Shown: positions 47,772 through 60,823 of the stretch, one piece after another | Position numbering within the stretch: the first letter of the stretch is position 1 | How the letters are laid out: each line of letters opens with the position of its first letter | Source: Hyphochytrium catenoides | Taxonomy: Eukaryota > Protista > Hyphochytriomycota | Length of the DNA: 64,000 nt | Direction: 5' to 3' | Assembly (NCBI GenBank): GCA_900088475.1 | Contig: FLMG01000658.1 | Location: 1-64,000, forward strand | The notes under the pieces: model-generated | Seen by the model: only the letters and a program-made list of their open reading frames with translations | What the model was told of the DNA's origin: nothing | Databases searched by the model: none | Made by a program: the position numbers and the translations under genes

Positions 47772-49300
47772 TAGAGCTGGTGCGTTGGGAAGCCCGGGTA
47801 GTTCAATTACCCGAGTAAAAGCTTGTGACTAGGATATTTGGAATCGACTCCATGAGTTTGAATCGTAGAATGCCTGCTGGAGAGGGAATAAGAGACACTC
47901 TTCCACAACCTATTCCGTTGCGATGGAAAATCATATTGATTAGAGGGATAACGTGCCTAAAGTATCGCCGTGAGCTGATTCTACTTCCTACTTCCTCTGT
48001 ACTTTCGAATGTAGCAGCGGTCACAGTGTCTCAAGGCTCACGGCAGTCTCATCATCATCTATCAGACGCCGTCGACAGGACCAGCTCGGCCTCATTATCA
48101 TCGGACAACGGAGATGTGAGGCGTTGCACAGCACCACGGCAGCAGACAGGGGTGCCTGGAGATAGCAGGGCTCAAAGGAAGGAGTGGAAGGGAAAAGAAG
48201 TGCACACCACTTTTACTCGCTATAAGAACTTCTCTTCGTGGTCTCAGACGCTCCCTCAGCTTAGAGATATATCAAGCATCAGAAGAAAGGCATCCTGCGG
48301 CGACCGAAAGAGCACATATCTCATCCACTTCTTACCCATCTGTCTACTGCTGACGTCTGACAACCGCCACGGTGGATGAACTGAGGATATACCCCTAAAC
48401 GACTGTATCTTCTGAGTGGGCGCCGCGAGGTCGCGACTTTCTTCTAATGGGGCCTGCTTCCCGTCAGAGAAGGTTCAAGGGGCAGCTAACGTTCTAGGCG
48501 TGTCCCGCGATGACCCAGATTTAAAAGCCTGGCGTTTACTTATCAAGGCTGTTGCGAACCCACCAAAGGAGGAAAGAATAATGTCGTATACAGAGTTCGG
48601 TCCCGATGTACCACTTGGGACACTGCCTGGCGCCGCAAAGCCCGGGGTTGCCGTGGACTTCAAGCCCGCTGAAAGCAGAGTGCAGCAGTCAGAGTCTGGG
48701 CGTAAGTTGTCATCGGAGAGTGCTCATTAGAATACGATTCTGACCTTCCCTTGACTTGTTCCATTGTCCCAGCTGGAGAAGCGTTCTATCAATGGCTCAG
48801 TCGCATATTGAAGAAGTGCAAGAAGTAAGTTAACAGCAGATCTGCTTTTTGACCATGGCAGTCTTCAGCTCGCCGCTCACAATAGATGTACCCAGGGCCG
48901 ACATCTATGCCATCTTCTTTGATCCAGTACTTGAAGAGGATGTCCCCCAATATCGAAACATTATCAAGGTGAGGCTCAACCTTTCCCTTCTTAAGCACCG
49001 TGTCGTCAAAGACATGTCCCCTTGACTGACGGCACGCTTTCTGTGTTAAGAATCCCATGGATTTCTCCCTAGTGGCACTCAAGATTGATCACAAAGTTTA
49101 TCAGAACTTGGGGCAGTTTGCGGTAAGCGTGTAGCCATGAGTGTTGACTAGGTTGCGTCAGCCCTAAGAGCCGTTCTCTTTGCAGGATGACTTGTACCTT
49201 ATTGCGGCAAACGCCATGTATTTCAACCAGAAAGAGACAGAGTATCATAAGCAGGCACTGGTTCAAAGGTAACGTCCCGCTTGGCGGATTAGTCTCTTAT
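47772..49300 (-). mobile_element. Decayed hAT (DUF659-type) element with a possible terminus
   Basis: Minus-strand remnants GLTQPSQHSWLHAYRKLPQVLIN, HVFDDTVLKKGKVE..ILFKYWIKEDGIDVGPGY, HSPMTTYAQTL, SFRGISSVHPPWRLS; TAGAGCTGG at 47772 fits the hAT YARNG terminus; clustered CCCGGG motifs nearby. Confidence 0.45.
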
Positions 49301-49455
49301 CCACTTAAAGCCTAACGCTAGCTCTTAATGGTCTTGGTGCTCTGTGAGTAGGGAGGTCGCGACAACGTGGTGTGACAAGGCTTACAACTCGATCACTGAA
49401 CAAGGTGACTTAGTGGTCATCTCTCTGTGGAGCTCACATCCTCAGGCCCCTTCTA

Positions 49456-50526
49456 ATGGAACTTGCCCCCGTCTATTTAGAGCGTCAAGGCTATCATCTA
49501 GGAGTAGGATGTGGACCCATAGGAAACCTCATTCAAGACACCCCAACCCTCGTCTGTCGCCGGATATCTGACATTGTGGCGGATAACGACATGGAGGATG
49601 TAGATCTGTCTATCTACACTGTAGACCTCCAGGAACTCCAGTCCAGACCTTCTCAGCCCTCCTCGAGAAAGTCTGGAGCGCGAGTAAGACAATTGCACTT
49701 CTTTGCCGTACTCTTTGTCTAACTTGAAGGCTAGGGTGAGATGAAGCGCAAAAGCCCATCTCCTGGAGATGCTGCTTCCAAGAAGAAGGGAAAGACCACG
49801 ACGTGGCGAAGACCTTCAAAGAGGAACGCGAAGATGGGCCGGCTGGCGGCCGGAGCAACTGCTGGCGGAGAAAACAGTTCCGCCCAAGACGATCAGGTGT
49901 TATACAATCCACCGATTCCCATCACTCATTGCAATGCCTAATGGTAGCTACTACGGCCAATGCAGTTCGTTTTGGAGAGTATTAATCGTCTCATGACCGG
50001 CGGCAAGGTGATAGCAGAGAAAGGCATGTCAGCGGCTTTGTGGTTAGGCCGAGGTAGCGGTCTTTTTAGCAAAGACCCGCCGATAAAACAAATTCGGCAT
50101 GAGTTTGGTGCGATGCAGAAAACAGAGGTAGGAAGATCAGGCCCGAGGACTGAATAAGTCGGTGCTGGCTTCGTTTGACTTTTTGTCCCAGTCACCAAAT
50201 CCTCTGTTATTATTGCTTTGCGCCGCCTTCTACTGGAAGTGTGCATTCCCACGGAAAGTGACTGCTTTTGCACTTCTCACATTCGCGGTTCTTGGTCTTC
50301 TCTTGACGGGGTTGTTATCAAATCTCAGAGGAGCCGCTCGGAGATTCCAGTGCCCAGTCCCGCTGCCTACGCGGACAGCCTCTACAAGTTTCTATTTTCA
50401 GAGAAGATGAGCGCAACAGAGCGGCTGAAGGCAGTCAGTCGGCTCCCTTATCCTTTCGACTTCTTCCTTGAAGGTCAGATTGAAGCCGCTACGTCTGGAG
50501 CACCCAACCTATGGGAGAAGAAGTGA
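49456..50526 (+). CDS. Hypothetical multi-exon protein with a basic NLS-like segment
   Basis: ORFs 49456, 49741, 49960 and 50218 join in frame through GT-AG introns (SGAR|GEMKRK, DDQ|FVLE, KTE|RSRSE); no domain recognised and the start is uncertain. Confidence 0.5.
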
Positions 50527-50672
50527 TGCAGAGCTAACCGTCAGTGGATTTTCAACAATGTGACCACTACACATGAATGTCGGAAACTTGGTAGAAGCTC
50601 TGGCATCACGTTATAAATAACAATTTAATGCCCCCGCAGCTAGAGGGCATTTTGAATCATCCGCCTATATAT

Positions 50673-53600
50673 CTATCCAAATCTCTGAGCAAAAAAGGAA
50701 GCTAAAGCTGCTTTGGCAGACTGAGTGCTCGGTGCTCCTGCATCAGAGTCTGACGCACTATCATCCTCGTCATCCTTCTTGAGCGGGGCCGCTGCGGAGG
50801 AAGAAGCAATTGGGGAAGAACTTTCTGTCGCTATAGATGGCGCACTGCCATTTTGTGCCTGATCCTTGGAAGGAATGCCCCAGAGGTCAGCTCCAATATC
50901 GTCGTCGAACTCATCATCTTCATCCAAGCCCTCCATTGTATGAGTGCCAGCATCTTCTTGCTGCTGGGTAGGAGCTGGACCCTCGCTGTCTTCTAGTTTC
51001 ATTGTGAGGATTTTTGTCTCCACCTCCGGAAACTCTTGTCTAGGTTCATGGCTAGCTGGGCTGGGTATGATTTGGTCAGATAGCGAGGGTGACTCAGCTC
51101 CATCGTTGATCTCAGTACTTGGCGTTTGGTCAAGGAGTCGAGATGTCTCCTTATCCTCTTCCTGCAAATTTACACCATTCGTGGGTTGCGACTCTAAAGC
51201 CATACTTCCTCCCCAAAGATTGGAAGCACGTTCCCTGTCTTCCTCTCTGCTGCAGTGTTCACACTGGCTTGCCCCTTCAGGAATGAGCTGCAATCCCCAG
51301 CCCTTACAACGCGTACAAGCTAGGTAGAGGGGTTCCCTTGTTCTCCATTGGTGCCAGGAGAGGAGATCTAACAGTTCGTCCGTCCTGTTGTTCTTCAAAG
51401 CGCTTTTCAATTTATCTCTCTACAGTGGAGAGGCAGGTCATGAGCTGGGTTGTTTTGAGGTGCCCTGAATATAGTGCGATATCGCCCTTACCTGATCACT
51501 GTCCTGAGGAAGGAAAACGGAACATAATCTAAAGACGTCTTCGGATTGGTCTTCTGAGAGTTTACCTTCAGCGCAAAGCTTTCGTGCACGCTCCTCCATC
51601 CACTCAACCTCGTCCCCGCTTTCCTCTCCTCCTGAGTCATATTCTCTTGTTGAAGATAGAGATAAGGAGTCGTCGTCCAGAGCCGAAGAGGAGCTCTGAG
51701 AATCATCGGAAAACCCGCTTGACGAACTCGTGCCCTCTCCACGTCTGTCATCAGCAACCTCGTCGCTCCTAGCCCTGCCCTCATCCTCTGCCAACTCCCT
51801 GTCTTTCTCTCTGACGACAGCTTCAGCTACTGGAGACGGTGCAGGAAGCGCTGCTGGCTCAGGATGCTAGCCAGTACAGCGCGAGACAGTGGAAATTTCG
51901 GGAAGGATGATGTTCAGCTTCTTAGCTTGTTGGCACAATACCCTACCAATATATTATGATATCCCTTACCGGCGGCGGCTCAATGAGCTTTCCAGCAGCA
52001 GAGAGGAAAGGGAGCCCGCCAATATCCCATCGACTTTCCCGAGTGTACTACCAAATTAAGCCATCAAAACCATCCAGCGAGACGTAACGAAGCGAAGTGA
52101 GCTGCAAGTCCAGTCAGAGGGAGAGACATGTGTACCTACATGATTGTAAAAGTAACTGCGCCCGTTTGGACCAATGAATTCTTGCCATTGGATCTAGAAT
52201 TGAGGGGCATCATATATTAGAGACACAGGTCGCTCTAATTGGGCATCAAAGCAGAACTAAGCAGAGCCAGCTTCTGAGGAGAGGAGTAATGTCTATCAGG
52301 GAAAGGTGCAAATAGCCTCACCCCTTCGGGCATTGTCTTTTCAGGCAGAGAGAATACGGCTGATCCCAGTGCAGTAGCAGCTTCATTGCCGGAGCTAGGT
52401 ACAGCAGGTACACTGCTTCGGTCACGGACGTCTTTCCGCTTCCGGCGTTTGAGCTCTTCAGCTTCTTCAAGGATATCAGCTGTGAGGGCTGGATGGAGCC
52501 GTGCGCTAGCGGTTAGTCCACAAGAAGAACGGGCAGAATGGAGATGAGGCAACTAAAAACTGCTTTACCAGTGACTCTGAGTTCGCTCTCGTCCACTCCG
52601 CCATTCTCCTGGAGCCGGTCCACTTCTCTAATGATCTTCGCCCGGTGCAATCTTACATCTACCCCGAGTTCTAGTAGATCGTGCTCTGTCATGGTAGAGA
52701 GCATGAAGCCGTCTACAGGGTAAGACAGGAAGACTGGAAGGTAGGCCCGCAAGACTTCGAATTGAGAAAGGAAGGCTGCTATCTCCGTAACGCTTAGTTG
52801 TTCCAACTTCTTTTTCTCAGTGGAGGATGAAGTTGGAGCTGACGAAGCTAGAGCTGGATAGCGCTTGTGCCTAGCTTTTTCACCTCTTCTATGCGTATAT
52901 TCATAGCACTCCTGACAGAAGACTGCCAGACCGCACTCGAGGCATTTGAATGCTGGGTACTCAGCCTCGCAGACGGAGCATATGTCGCTCCTATGTGGTG
53001 GTTTCATGGGTTCTCCACCAATTGCCTGAGGCGCCTGGTAGGCCACCAAGGCGGTTGAGGATGGCGCTGTGTGACGTAACGTCAGCGCCCTTACGCATGC
53101 TCAAGGACCATGATGAGCTGGTCAAAGCAGTCCTCACCTAAAGGTCCTTTGCTCTTTTGTTCAGCAGTAGCCTTGTCTTGAAGCCTCTGCTGGGCAGCAG
53201 CTGCCGCCAACATCTCTGCGGGCTTAGTCCAACGGCTCTCCCTTGTTCTGCCATTGTAGTAGTAAGGTCTACCATCTGGAGACGTATGCTCCGTCCATTC
53301 TGCACCCTGAGATTCAAGAAGAAAAGAAGTGGTATGAACCGGCCTTGTAGAGACAGCCTGAAGACTGAGGGTAGGTTTGAGATACGGCTAGGTGCACGCA
53401 AATGCAGATCCAAAACGTGACACGCTAATATGGAAACACCTTGTTAAGGAGAGAGATCAATAGAGTAAAGTCTGGAGCAAGTAAACGCTTGAAGACTTGC
53501 GAAGGTAATCGATAGGCTCGTCTTTTTCCTCACTCAACCACCCTCACCGCTGCTATAATCTGCTCATCAGTCCAAGATGGCATGGAAGCGCTGGACGGCT

Positions 53601-56600
53601 GCAGGTGTCCCTGAGGAAGCGCAGTAGATGTTTGCATTGGCTGTGACAGAGTTGCTCCTGCCGTCGTTTGCACCAGGATAGCAGCTGTCGATGATGGAGG
53701 CTGTTGCTGATTTAGCGCTGCTAAGAGAAGTCTCTGCTGCTCTAGCTGTTGTCGCTGTAGCTCTTGCTGCTGTTGAAGGAGTTGGAGTTGAGTCTGAGCT
53801 AGAGCATCGACTCCAGAACTCTCTACTGGTCCTAGAGTGGTTAGGGCACTTTGTGGAGGCTGCACCAGAGATAGGGAAACTGGGACCTCTGGCCATTGAA
53901 GCGGTGAAGATGACGAACCTCCCCCATTGTTCTGTACGAGAGGAGGTGGGGGAGGGACCTTCATACGTTATGGTTATGGAAGGGAGATGACGAGATGACA
54001 AAGAGCGAAAGAAGAAGAGAAAAATATGAGGACTTGCGCCGTGGTGCTCCTGATAAAAGAACGGGTTCAGTCTTACCTCGTCCTACATAGAGAGGAAGGA
54101 ATTGGGTGTGACCCAGGATTAGGCCATTGTCAGCCATTGCAACGGTAAGGAGACTCACCTCATCTCCCACAAATTCTTTTGGAAGCCCGGCCTTCGCTTT
54201 CCGATAACGATTCCCCTTCGCATCTTTCTTCCGTCGCCATCTCTCCTCGCGTTTTCGCTGAGTGAGACGAAGCAGACGAAGGACAGGGGTTGACACAGGT
54301 CAGTAGGCGCCCGCCGATAGCGGTATGCGGCTGCTGCTTGCTCACCGCTTCCTCATCCTGAGTTTCTTGTTCTAGTTGGATGCGCCGCCGTTCCTCCTCG
54401 GCTCGCTCAGCTCGTTTCCTTTCAATAAATTGGCGCCTCCTCTCCCTTTCTCTATGATTTTCGTCCTCCCTGCAATAGCAGCAGCAAGGATTAACCTAGG
54501 GCAACCTCTAACGATTATGCTTGGCATCTTACTCCTCCTTTGCAACGTCTTCTCCTGAAGACAGGAATTTCGATTTGTCCTTCTGCCGCTAGCCAACGGA
54601 AAAATTAGCAGCTTCTCACTAAAGCTCAACCAGTCAATCTTTTGCTTACCAACTTTTTCTTGCGACGTTCGTCCTTCTTCTCCTGGCGGCGGAGTTCGTC
54701 ATACTCTCGCTGCAGCTTCTCATCCTCCAACCTGCGTGGTAGCAATAAGAGTTAGATATTCATACTTCAGCAGTATCCTTCATTTGGTCACAACCCTTTC
54801 TTCTATGGTTGCGTACCTTTCCCTCTCCTTTTCAAGAAGTTCCCTCTGTTCGGCTAGACGCTTTTTCCTTTCAAGCCGTAATCTTCTCTGTTCCAACTTC
54901 AATTTCTTTTTCTCCTCCTCTAGCAGCTCCTCCTCGGTTTTTGCCACTTTCTTCGTTTCCTTTCGTTTCTTTTCAGCGGCTCTCACTTGGGATTTTGTTG
55001 AGGAGCCTCTCTTTTGACCAGAAGATTCTTCTTCATCGCTGGGGTTTCGCTCAGCCCCTCTTTTCTCTCCAAACAAATCGCCATCCAAAACAGAATCCAG
55101 GTCATCATTAGGCGCGATGCCCTGCTACATAAAAGAATGTGAGCAGACCTGGCTGTACGGGAAGACGGAGTCCTTACCCTAACTTGGGATAGGACAGAAT
55201 GCAGCGCTTGACAGAGGCCCGAAAGTGAAGGCGAAAGAGAAGGTGCATCATCTCACCTGGCCCTGGTCGGAATCGGGCAGCTCATTCAGTGCACTACTAC
55301 CCTTCTTCGTCCTCTTCTTTTCTTTGAGCTCCTGCTTCATTCTCTGTCGTTCTTCTCTTTCTTCTTGTTTCTTTTTCCTCCTCTCCTCTCGAACAGCTTC
55401 CTTCTGGGCCATGACCTTTTGACGTTCTTGTTCTAGTTTCGGTCGAGGATCCTCCCACAAGCTCTCACCCGTCTCCTAAAGAAACAAGAGTTTGCTGGAG
55501 TTAAGGCAATCCGCAAGAAAGGATGCATGCTAGGTCGGTCTACCGGGTTCCAGTAGTAAATTCTACCATCTGGAGCGCTATGTTCTTCCCACAATGGGAT
55601 AGGAGGCTACAAGATGTACGTCAGAGAGAGCTCCAAACGCAACATCAGTCAGCCGCTCACCTCCTCGCCTAGATTGTCGTCGGACTCAGTCTCATCTTCG
55701 TCGTCATCATCCTCATCATCTAATTCGCTATTGGAGCTATCACTCTCCTCGGACGGTGCCTTCAATGGCGTGGTAGGGCCCTTTACATCCTGGGAATGAC
55801 GACGTTTTTGCTCGCCTTCCTGCTCGAACCCAAACAGATCCTCAGCCAGATCTGAATCTTCATCTTCTTCCTCCTCGTCATCTTCTTCTTCGCCAGAAAG
55901 CAGTTCGTCTTGGGCTCTTTCAATACTCCCCTTCTTTATAGAGAACCTGTTAGATGCATTGTCTCCGTTGCTGTGTGAACTTCCTCTGGACCCTCTGCTT
56001 GCCCGTGATCCGTTGATCTCGTCTTCGGACTCTTCACTCTCTTCTTCCAATGATAGTTTGTCGTCCTTGATTTCATCATCCGCTGGCCGAGGTGTAGAGT
56101 CAGGAGCCGGCAATAAAGTCCTTTCTTTCTTTGTCTTCTCATCCAGATCGTAGTTCTTCTGTCTGAGCTTCCTTAGTTGTCGAATAGCTTCTTCCTCTTC
56201 TTTCTGACGCCTCTTTAGTTCTGCTTCTCGCTCTTTTAACTCCTTTCTGTCACTTTCAAAACGCAAACGACGTTCCTCCTCCTTCTTTTTATATCTTTCT
56301 TCCCTCTCTTTTCGTTTAGCTTCGAGCTCCTCCTGAAGTACACTCTCGCTATCAAGTCTGCTTTTTTCCTCCTTCAGCCTGCCGGAGCCAAACAGAGGGA
56401 TAGTGTGGTGAGCGTCACTGTCAGATTGAACTCCTGCATGGCAGGGTTAGTCGTTACTGACCTCTCGGCCAGCCGCTCTTGGCGGAGAATTTCCCGCTCC
56501 TCTTGCTTCCTCCTTTCTCTTTCCTGAAGTTGGATCTCTTTCTCCAACTTGCGTCTTTCTCGCTCCAGCGCCCGTATCCTCTCTTCCTTTTCTAGTTGCT

Positions 56601-57766
56601 TCTGTTCCTCGCGCATACGTTGTCTAAACGGATGCAAGCAGATGCATCGTAGGGCAAAGAGTTTGGATTTTAGCTTGGTCATCGAACAGAAGGTATTAAC
56701 TTTACCGTTCTTTGCGTTTTGCTCTTTCGATATCTTTCAGCATCCTTTCCTCGTCTCGCTCTGCTCTCTCCAGCTCCTTCTTTATGAGTTTTTCCTTCCG
56801 CTTCGCATCTTTCACTAACTCTTCCTTTCTCTTTTCAGCTTCCTCCTTTCGACGAGCTTTCTACTCATGATAAAGAGGAGACCATGATAAGAGACCAAAC
56901 CTCATTGACTTATCCGCTGGACTCTCTGCATACAATAGTTGACACCAACTCTTTCTAACTCGCAAAGCTAACCTGGTAGTGCACAAGCAGCTCTCTAGCC
57001 GCCTCGCTGGTGGGATCAATCGCTGCAGTTATCATTCGCTGCCACTTCACTTTCTCTTCCAGGGCTTCCGTGGCTAGATACAGCGTCTCATGTCCTGAAG
57101 CCGTGTCGGCATTGAAGCAGTCCACTCGGATGCCATAGAGGCCCCCTTTATCTCGCATGTGAAGATGACGGTCAATCTTCCACTCGTAGACGCCAGCAAC
57201 CTATGTACATGTCGAAGTGGTGGACATAAGCACTCCTTATTTGGAGGCAGCGGACTTCTAAGGGGAAGAGGGGACGCGATATCGGGTGTTCCTACCTGAT
57301 AATGAGCCATTCTCTTGTACCGGTCAACATCTGCCGCCGTTTTGTACATGTCAAAGTCTGTCCCCTGAAGTATGAAGTATCTCGGCATCCTGCAGTCACG
57401 AGGCATTGGGGCTCAATGTAAGCAGAAGAAGAATGATGAAGGCCAAGCCATTGCAACGTACAATGTGAAGGCTCGCTGGCCCTTGATTCTTAGGAATCCT
57501 TCACATCGTATTGCTTGGAGAAGGTCCCACACCTCGTCTTTCTGTCCTCTCCTGCTGCCTCCAAAGACAGAGCTTTCATCAGAATAGTAGCCACCGTCAT
57601 GATCACCCTTCTTCTCTTGAGCGTGGTTTACATTCCGTCTTGATTTGCCAAAGGATATGCCCAAGAATTTCCTCGGTTTGCCCGCCTTTGGGTTAAGCTC
57701 TTCATCGCTGCTACTGGGCGGGGAGAACAAGACTGTATTCTGGGTAAGCTTCCTCTGGCTGCTCAT
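50673..57766 (-). CDS. Large multi-exon scaffold: PH domain, long coiled coils and acidic tracts, B-box, SAM, WW and a CxxC..CxxC zinc ribbon
   Basis: PH ([36 protein letters not shown]); B-box [26 protein letters not shown]; [31 protein letters not shown]; WW split over exons MPEG|[18 protein letters not shown]|YTRESRWD; CTRC..CEHC. Not every middle intron was resolved. Confidence 0.8.
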
Positions 57767-58536
57767 CGTTACGTTCACCTCATCAGCTCATTGGAGGGTA
57801 ATGTATGGACAACTGATGATTGCATATCAAGGGAAAGTACTTGTTGGCCCCCGAAGATGAGGTCACCAGAAGGAAGTCATCAGCATCGGAGCTTGGTCTA
57901 CGCCCTCTCTGGAAGCCCCGCAATACTATGAGCGCGGGTTGTTGTCTCCACTCTAAATGGCGCAGGTATCCTGCAGCACGTTCTTCTGCTTCTGCTGGTT
58001 ATCCGCCCAGGATGGAGGTTGGCTGACGGGCACGTTAAGGGTTATAAAAGTCGAAGATGTGCTGCGGGTGAGACATGAGAGAGCTTTGTGTTTCGCATCT
58101 CCTCCTCCTCTTCAACTCCTACTTGTGAACTGTCGTTTTGCGCGAATAATAGGAGGGTCACTGCAAGCCTCTGCCACACTTTATTTGTACTGTACAGCGA
58201 GGTGCTTTATAATAATGGAGACCTGGTAGAAATGTAAGCTAATGTAGGGTAGCCACTTAATCAGCGACTATCTCAGGTTCAACAGGTCTTCTTATAGGGA
58301 GTGCGTCTGCCTTCTGGTGCCATCTCTGACAGTCAACATCTGTAGAATAGTTGTCACGAAAACCTCCCTCTTCTGCGTTCACCTCCAGCGCCTTGCAATC
58401 ACCAGCATCTGATTGGATGATGCAGCAGAGAAAGACAATGGCGGCGACGAGCATTCGTACGGGAGATAAGCTATCGTTACATCTAACGCGTTATGCTCAA
58501 ATATCCCCGGCTTTGGTGGGACGACCTTAAGTCTTT

Positions 58537-59335
58537 ATGTCGATGCTGGACAAGGTGCCCACAAACTTTTCGGATCAGAACGCGCTGTTCGGTGCCACAT
58601 GGCCTCACTTATGGTCGTGGATATGCATAGCATTGAGTACATCCGCGTTCACTATCCTTCTCGGCAACACTATCCGTTGGGTAAGTCATCTTACACAGTT
58701 GCTAGATGCAAGGCATGTGGCGTTAAATTTTCCCTTACATGCTTGTCTCCTCCAACATAATACTCCTTGCGGATGCGACGGCTGGTTTCTGCCGTCGCAC
58801 TGGCCTCTTATTGGACTTCTCTGCTCTAGCGTCAGAGCTTGGCAAATTACGAATCTGACCGAGCTAACAGCACTGACACTGCTCGGGAGGTTACAAAGTC
58901 ATTGAGTGAGTTACCTACCGAAGGAACGGCTTTCTCCCTACTTGTGCTGCTGTTTTATTTCTGGGTGGCACCATGATAATCTCATACGTGCTGCCTGTTT
59001 GTCTGAACCTAGAGGTGGAAGCCGTTCTGCATATTGTAACTGTGACCATAGCGTTTATAACTCGGCAGCTCTTCCTCCTACCGTTTCTTGCCCTCCTAGT
59101 CGCCCACGGAATATCAAGGTAGGATGGGTCCAGTAGCCGTCAAGCTTCAATACCTAATATTGCCACACTGTTCTGACATCCGGTGACACGTTGCAGGGTT
59201 GCACGAAGGAAGCTTTTCGTTATTGCACCGGTGATTGAACTGCAAGACCGCCGAAGAATGCTCTGGAAGGAAGTCAATTTGAAAGCTGCAATTTACTTGG
59301 CATTAACGCTATGTTCCTGGTACTTCTACTTGTAA
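58537..59335 (+). CDS. Cornichon/Erv14-family ER cargo receptor (divergent); 4 exons
   Basis: Spliced peptide TILLGNTIRW|SLANYESDRANSTDTAREVTKSL|KVEAVLHIV..LLPFLALLVAHG..|..KEVNLKAAIYLALTLCSWYFYL matches the cornichon DLExDxxNPxD / PExxxH / KLxFYL pattern; the 3' end is uncertain. Confidence 0.75.
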
Positions 59336-59429
59336 AAACCACGGTTGAATGGAGTCATTTATCCTCTCTAGCACCTCCTCCTCGACGGCAAAGTGATAGT
59401 GCTCTGATCCTGGAAAAAGGAGTACGAAA

Positions 59430-60060
59430 GCAAGTCGAGGAGCCAGCAAGTGGTTGGAGACGAAGGCCATTATTCCCTTGTTCTTGTCCCACTGTTGAGT
59501 GCTCAGGAGGAGAGTAATAAGTGAGCTCGTCACCGACGATCTAGCAGGCAGTCTAAAAATAACGGTGAGATACATCCGCTCATACACTAGTGCTGCCTGA
59601 TGGACCTTAATACCTGTACTTCTCCCTCTTCACCCTTAATGATCGGACTGTATGCTGTCCTGCACCTAAGCGCTTGGATCTGGTGGACTCGTCCTTTTTG
59701 CCCAATAGGACCAGAGCGCCTTGCGCCCATGGCTCCGGTTGGGTAAGGACATCGTTCGCAGGATATGTTAACATTCATCGAAATTTTGTCGGGTGTCAGA
59801 AGACTCTCCACTAGGCCGCTAACTTTTCGTAGATGAGCTTCTCTATTGCGCATCGTTCCGAAGCGCACTTGGGCGGGACAAGTTAGCCCACAAGCCATGA
59901 AAGGCCGAAGCGCGGAAGATTTGAGAATTGAGAGTCCGGTGGTAGCTTGAGGCGATGGTAGTATACTCAGAAACCTTGGAAGAAGACCAGATATCCATAT
60001 GCGGCCATCTTTAGATAACTCTATTATCTTCAGGAGATGAAGTCTAGGGATGCACGATAT
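59430..60060 (-). mobile_element. Decayed hAT transposase fragment
   Basis: Ordered remnants CIPRLHLLKII, LTCPAQVRFGT..LVESLL, YSPII, QQWDK..NHLLAPR resemble CxxHxLxL / LxxPxxTRF / RW..AxLLDPR. Confidence 0.4.
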
Positions 60061-60385
60061 TATAGGAGGAGGATGAGTAGGGCATTTCGCAGGCTTAGTA
60101 GAGGACTATAGAGCGGTAAAGGTGTCCTCTTTGCTCCTCCCTTATACAAGGTAACAGAAGGCATCAAGGGCTCAATTTATTAGCTGTATCAGGCTTTACC
60201 AAGGCTTCTAGTTGGAGGGAGAGAACGAAGCCTCAGATAAAGCTAGTCTTTTGTTCGTCTCCTTACTTGCCCATTATCGAGCATTACTGGTCCCATACAT
60301 TAGTGGTCCGGTCCCATACACATTGCGGTCTAGTCGTCACTCCGTCCAGTTAGAAGCTCCTGCTGCCCCACTTTCAAAGCCGTGT

Positions 60386-60823
60386 TTAACTGTCGGTCCA
60401 GGATATCTTGACACGGCCCAAGGCCAGCGGCCCAGCGGTGGCGGTGAATGCCGCGGGACTGAGGTCCAAATCTTGAGATTTGCAGCCAGGGCACTTGTCC
60501 ACAATGGTGACTTTGGCCGTACCGGCAGGGCCCGTGACCGTGACGGTTTTCCCGCACCATGGGGAAGACCCTGGGACATTCCCAAATTGTGGGCCATTGA
60601 GAGCAGCCACAAAATCAGAGTTGCTGTTTTGCCAGCCACAAGCTCCTAACCCCACCTCATAGTAGGTAGCATCGCCAACAAATCGGGCTGCCAAGGCCAT
60701 TTGACTTCCATCCAATAGCAGTCCATAGCCCATAATAAGGCCAAGAATCATTGTCTTCTTGTTGTTGTTGCCATACCACGAGGTTGGCGACTTCTTCTTA
60801 GAAGATGTGTGTGCAGTCTGCAT
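60386..60823 (-). CDS. RlpA-like double-psi beta-barrel (expansin/loosenin-like) secreted protein; the true start may be the internal Met at ~60751
   Basis: GDATYYEVGLGACG, FVAALN, WCGKTVTV, VTIVDKCPGC, DLDLSPAAF, GRVKISW; a hydrophobic signal-like segment precedes the domain; intronless. Confidence 0.93.
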   Translation of the reverse strand: MQTAHTSSKKKSPTSWYGNNNKKTMILGLIMGYGLLLDGSQMALAARFVGDATYYEVGLGACGWQNSNSDFVAALNGPQFGNVPGSSPWCGKTVTVTGPAGTAKVTIVDKCPGCKSQDLDLSPAAFTATAGPLALGRVKISWTDS

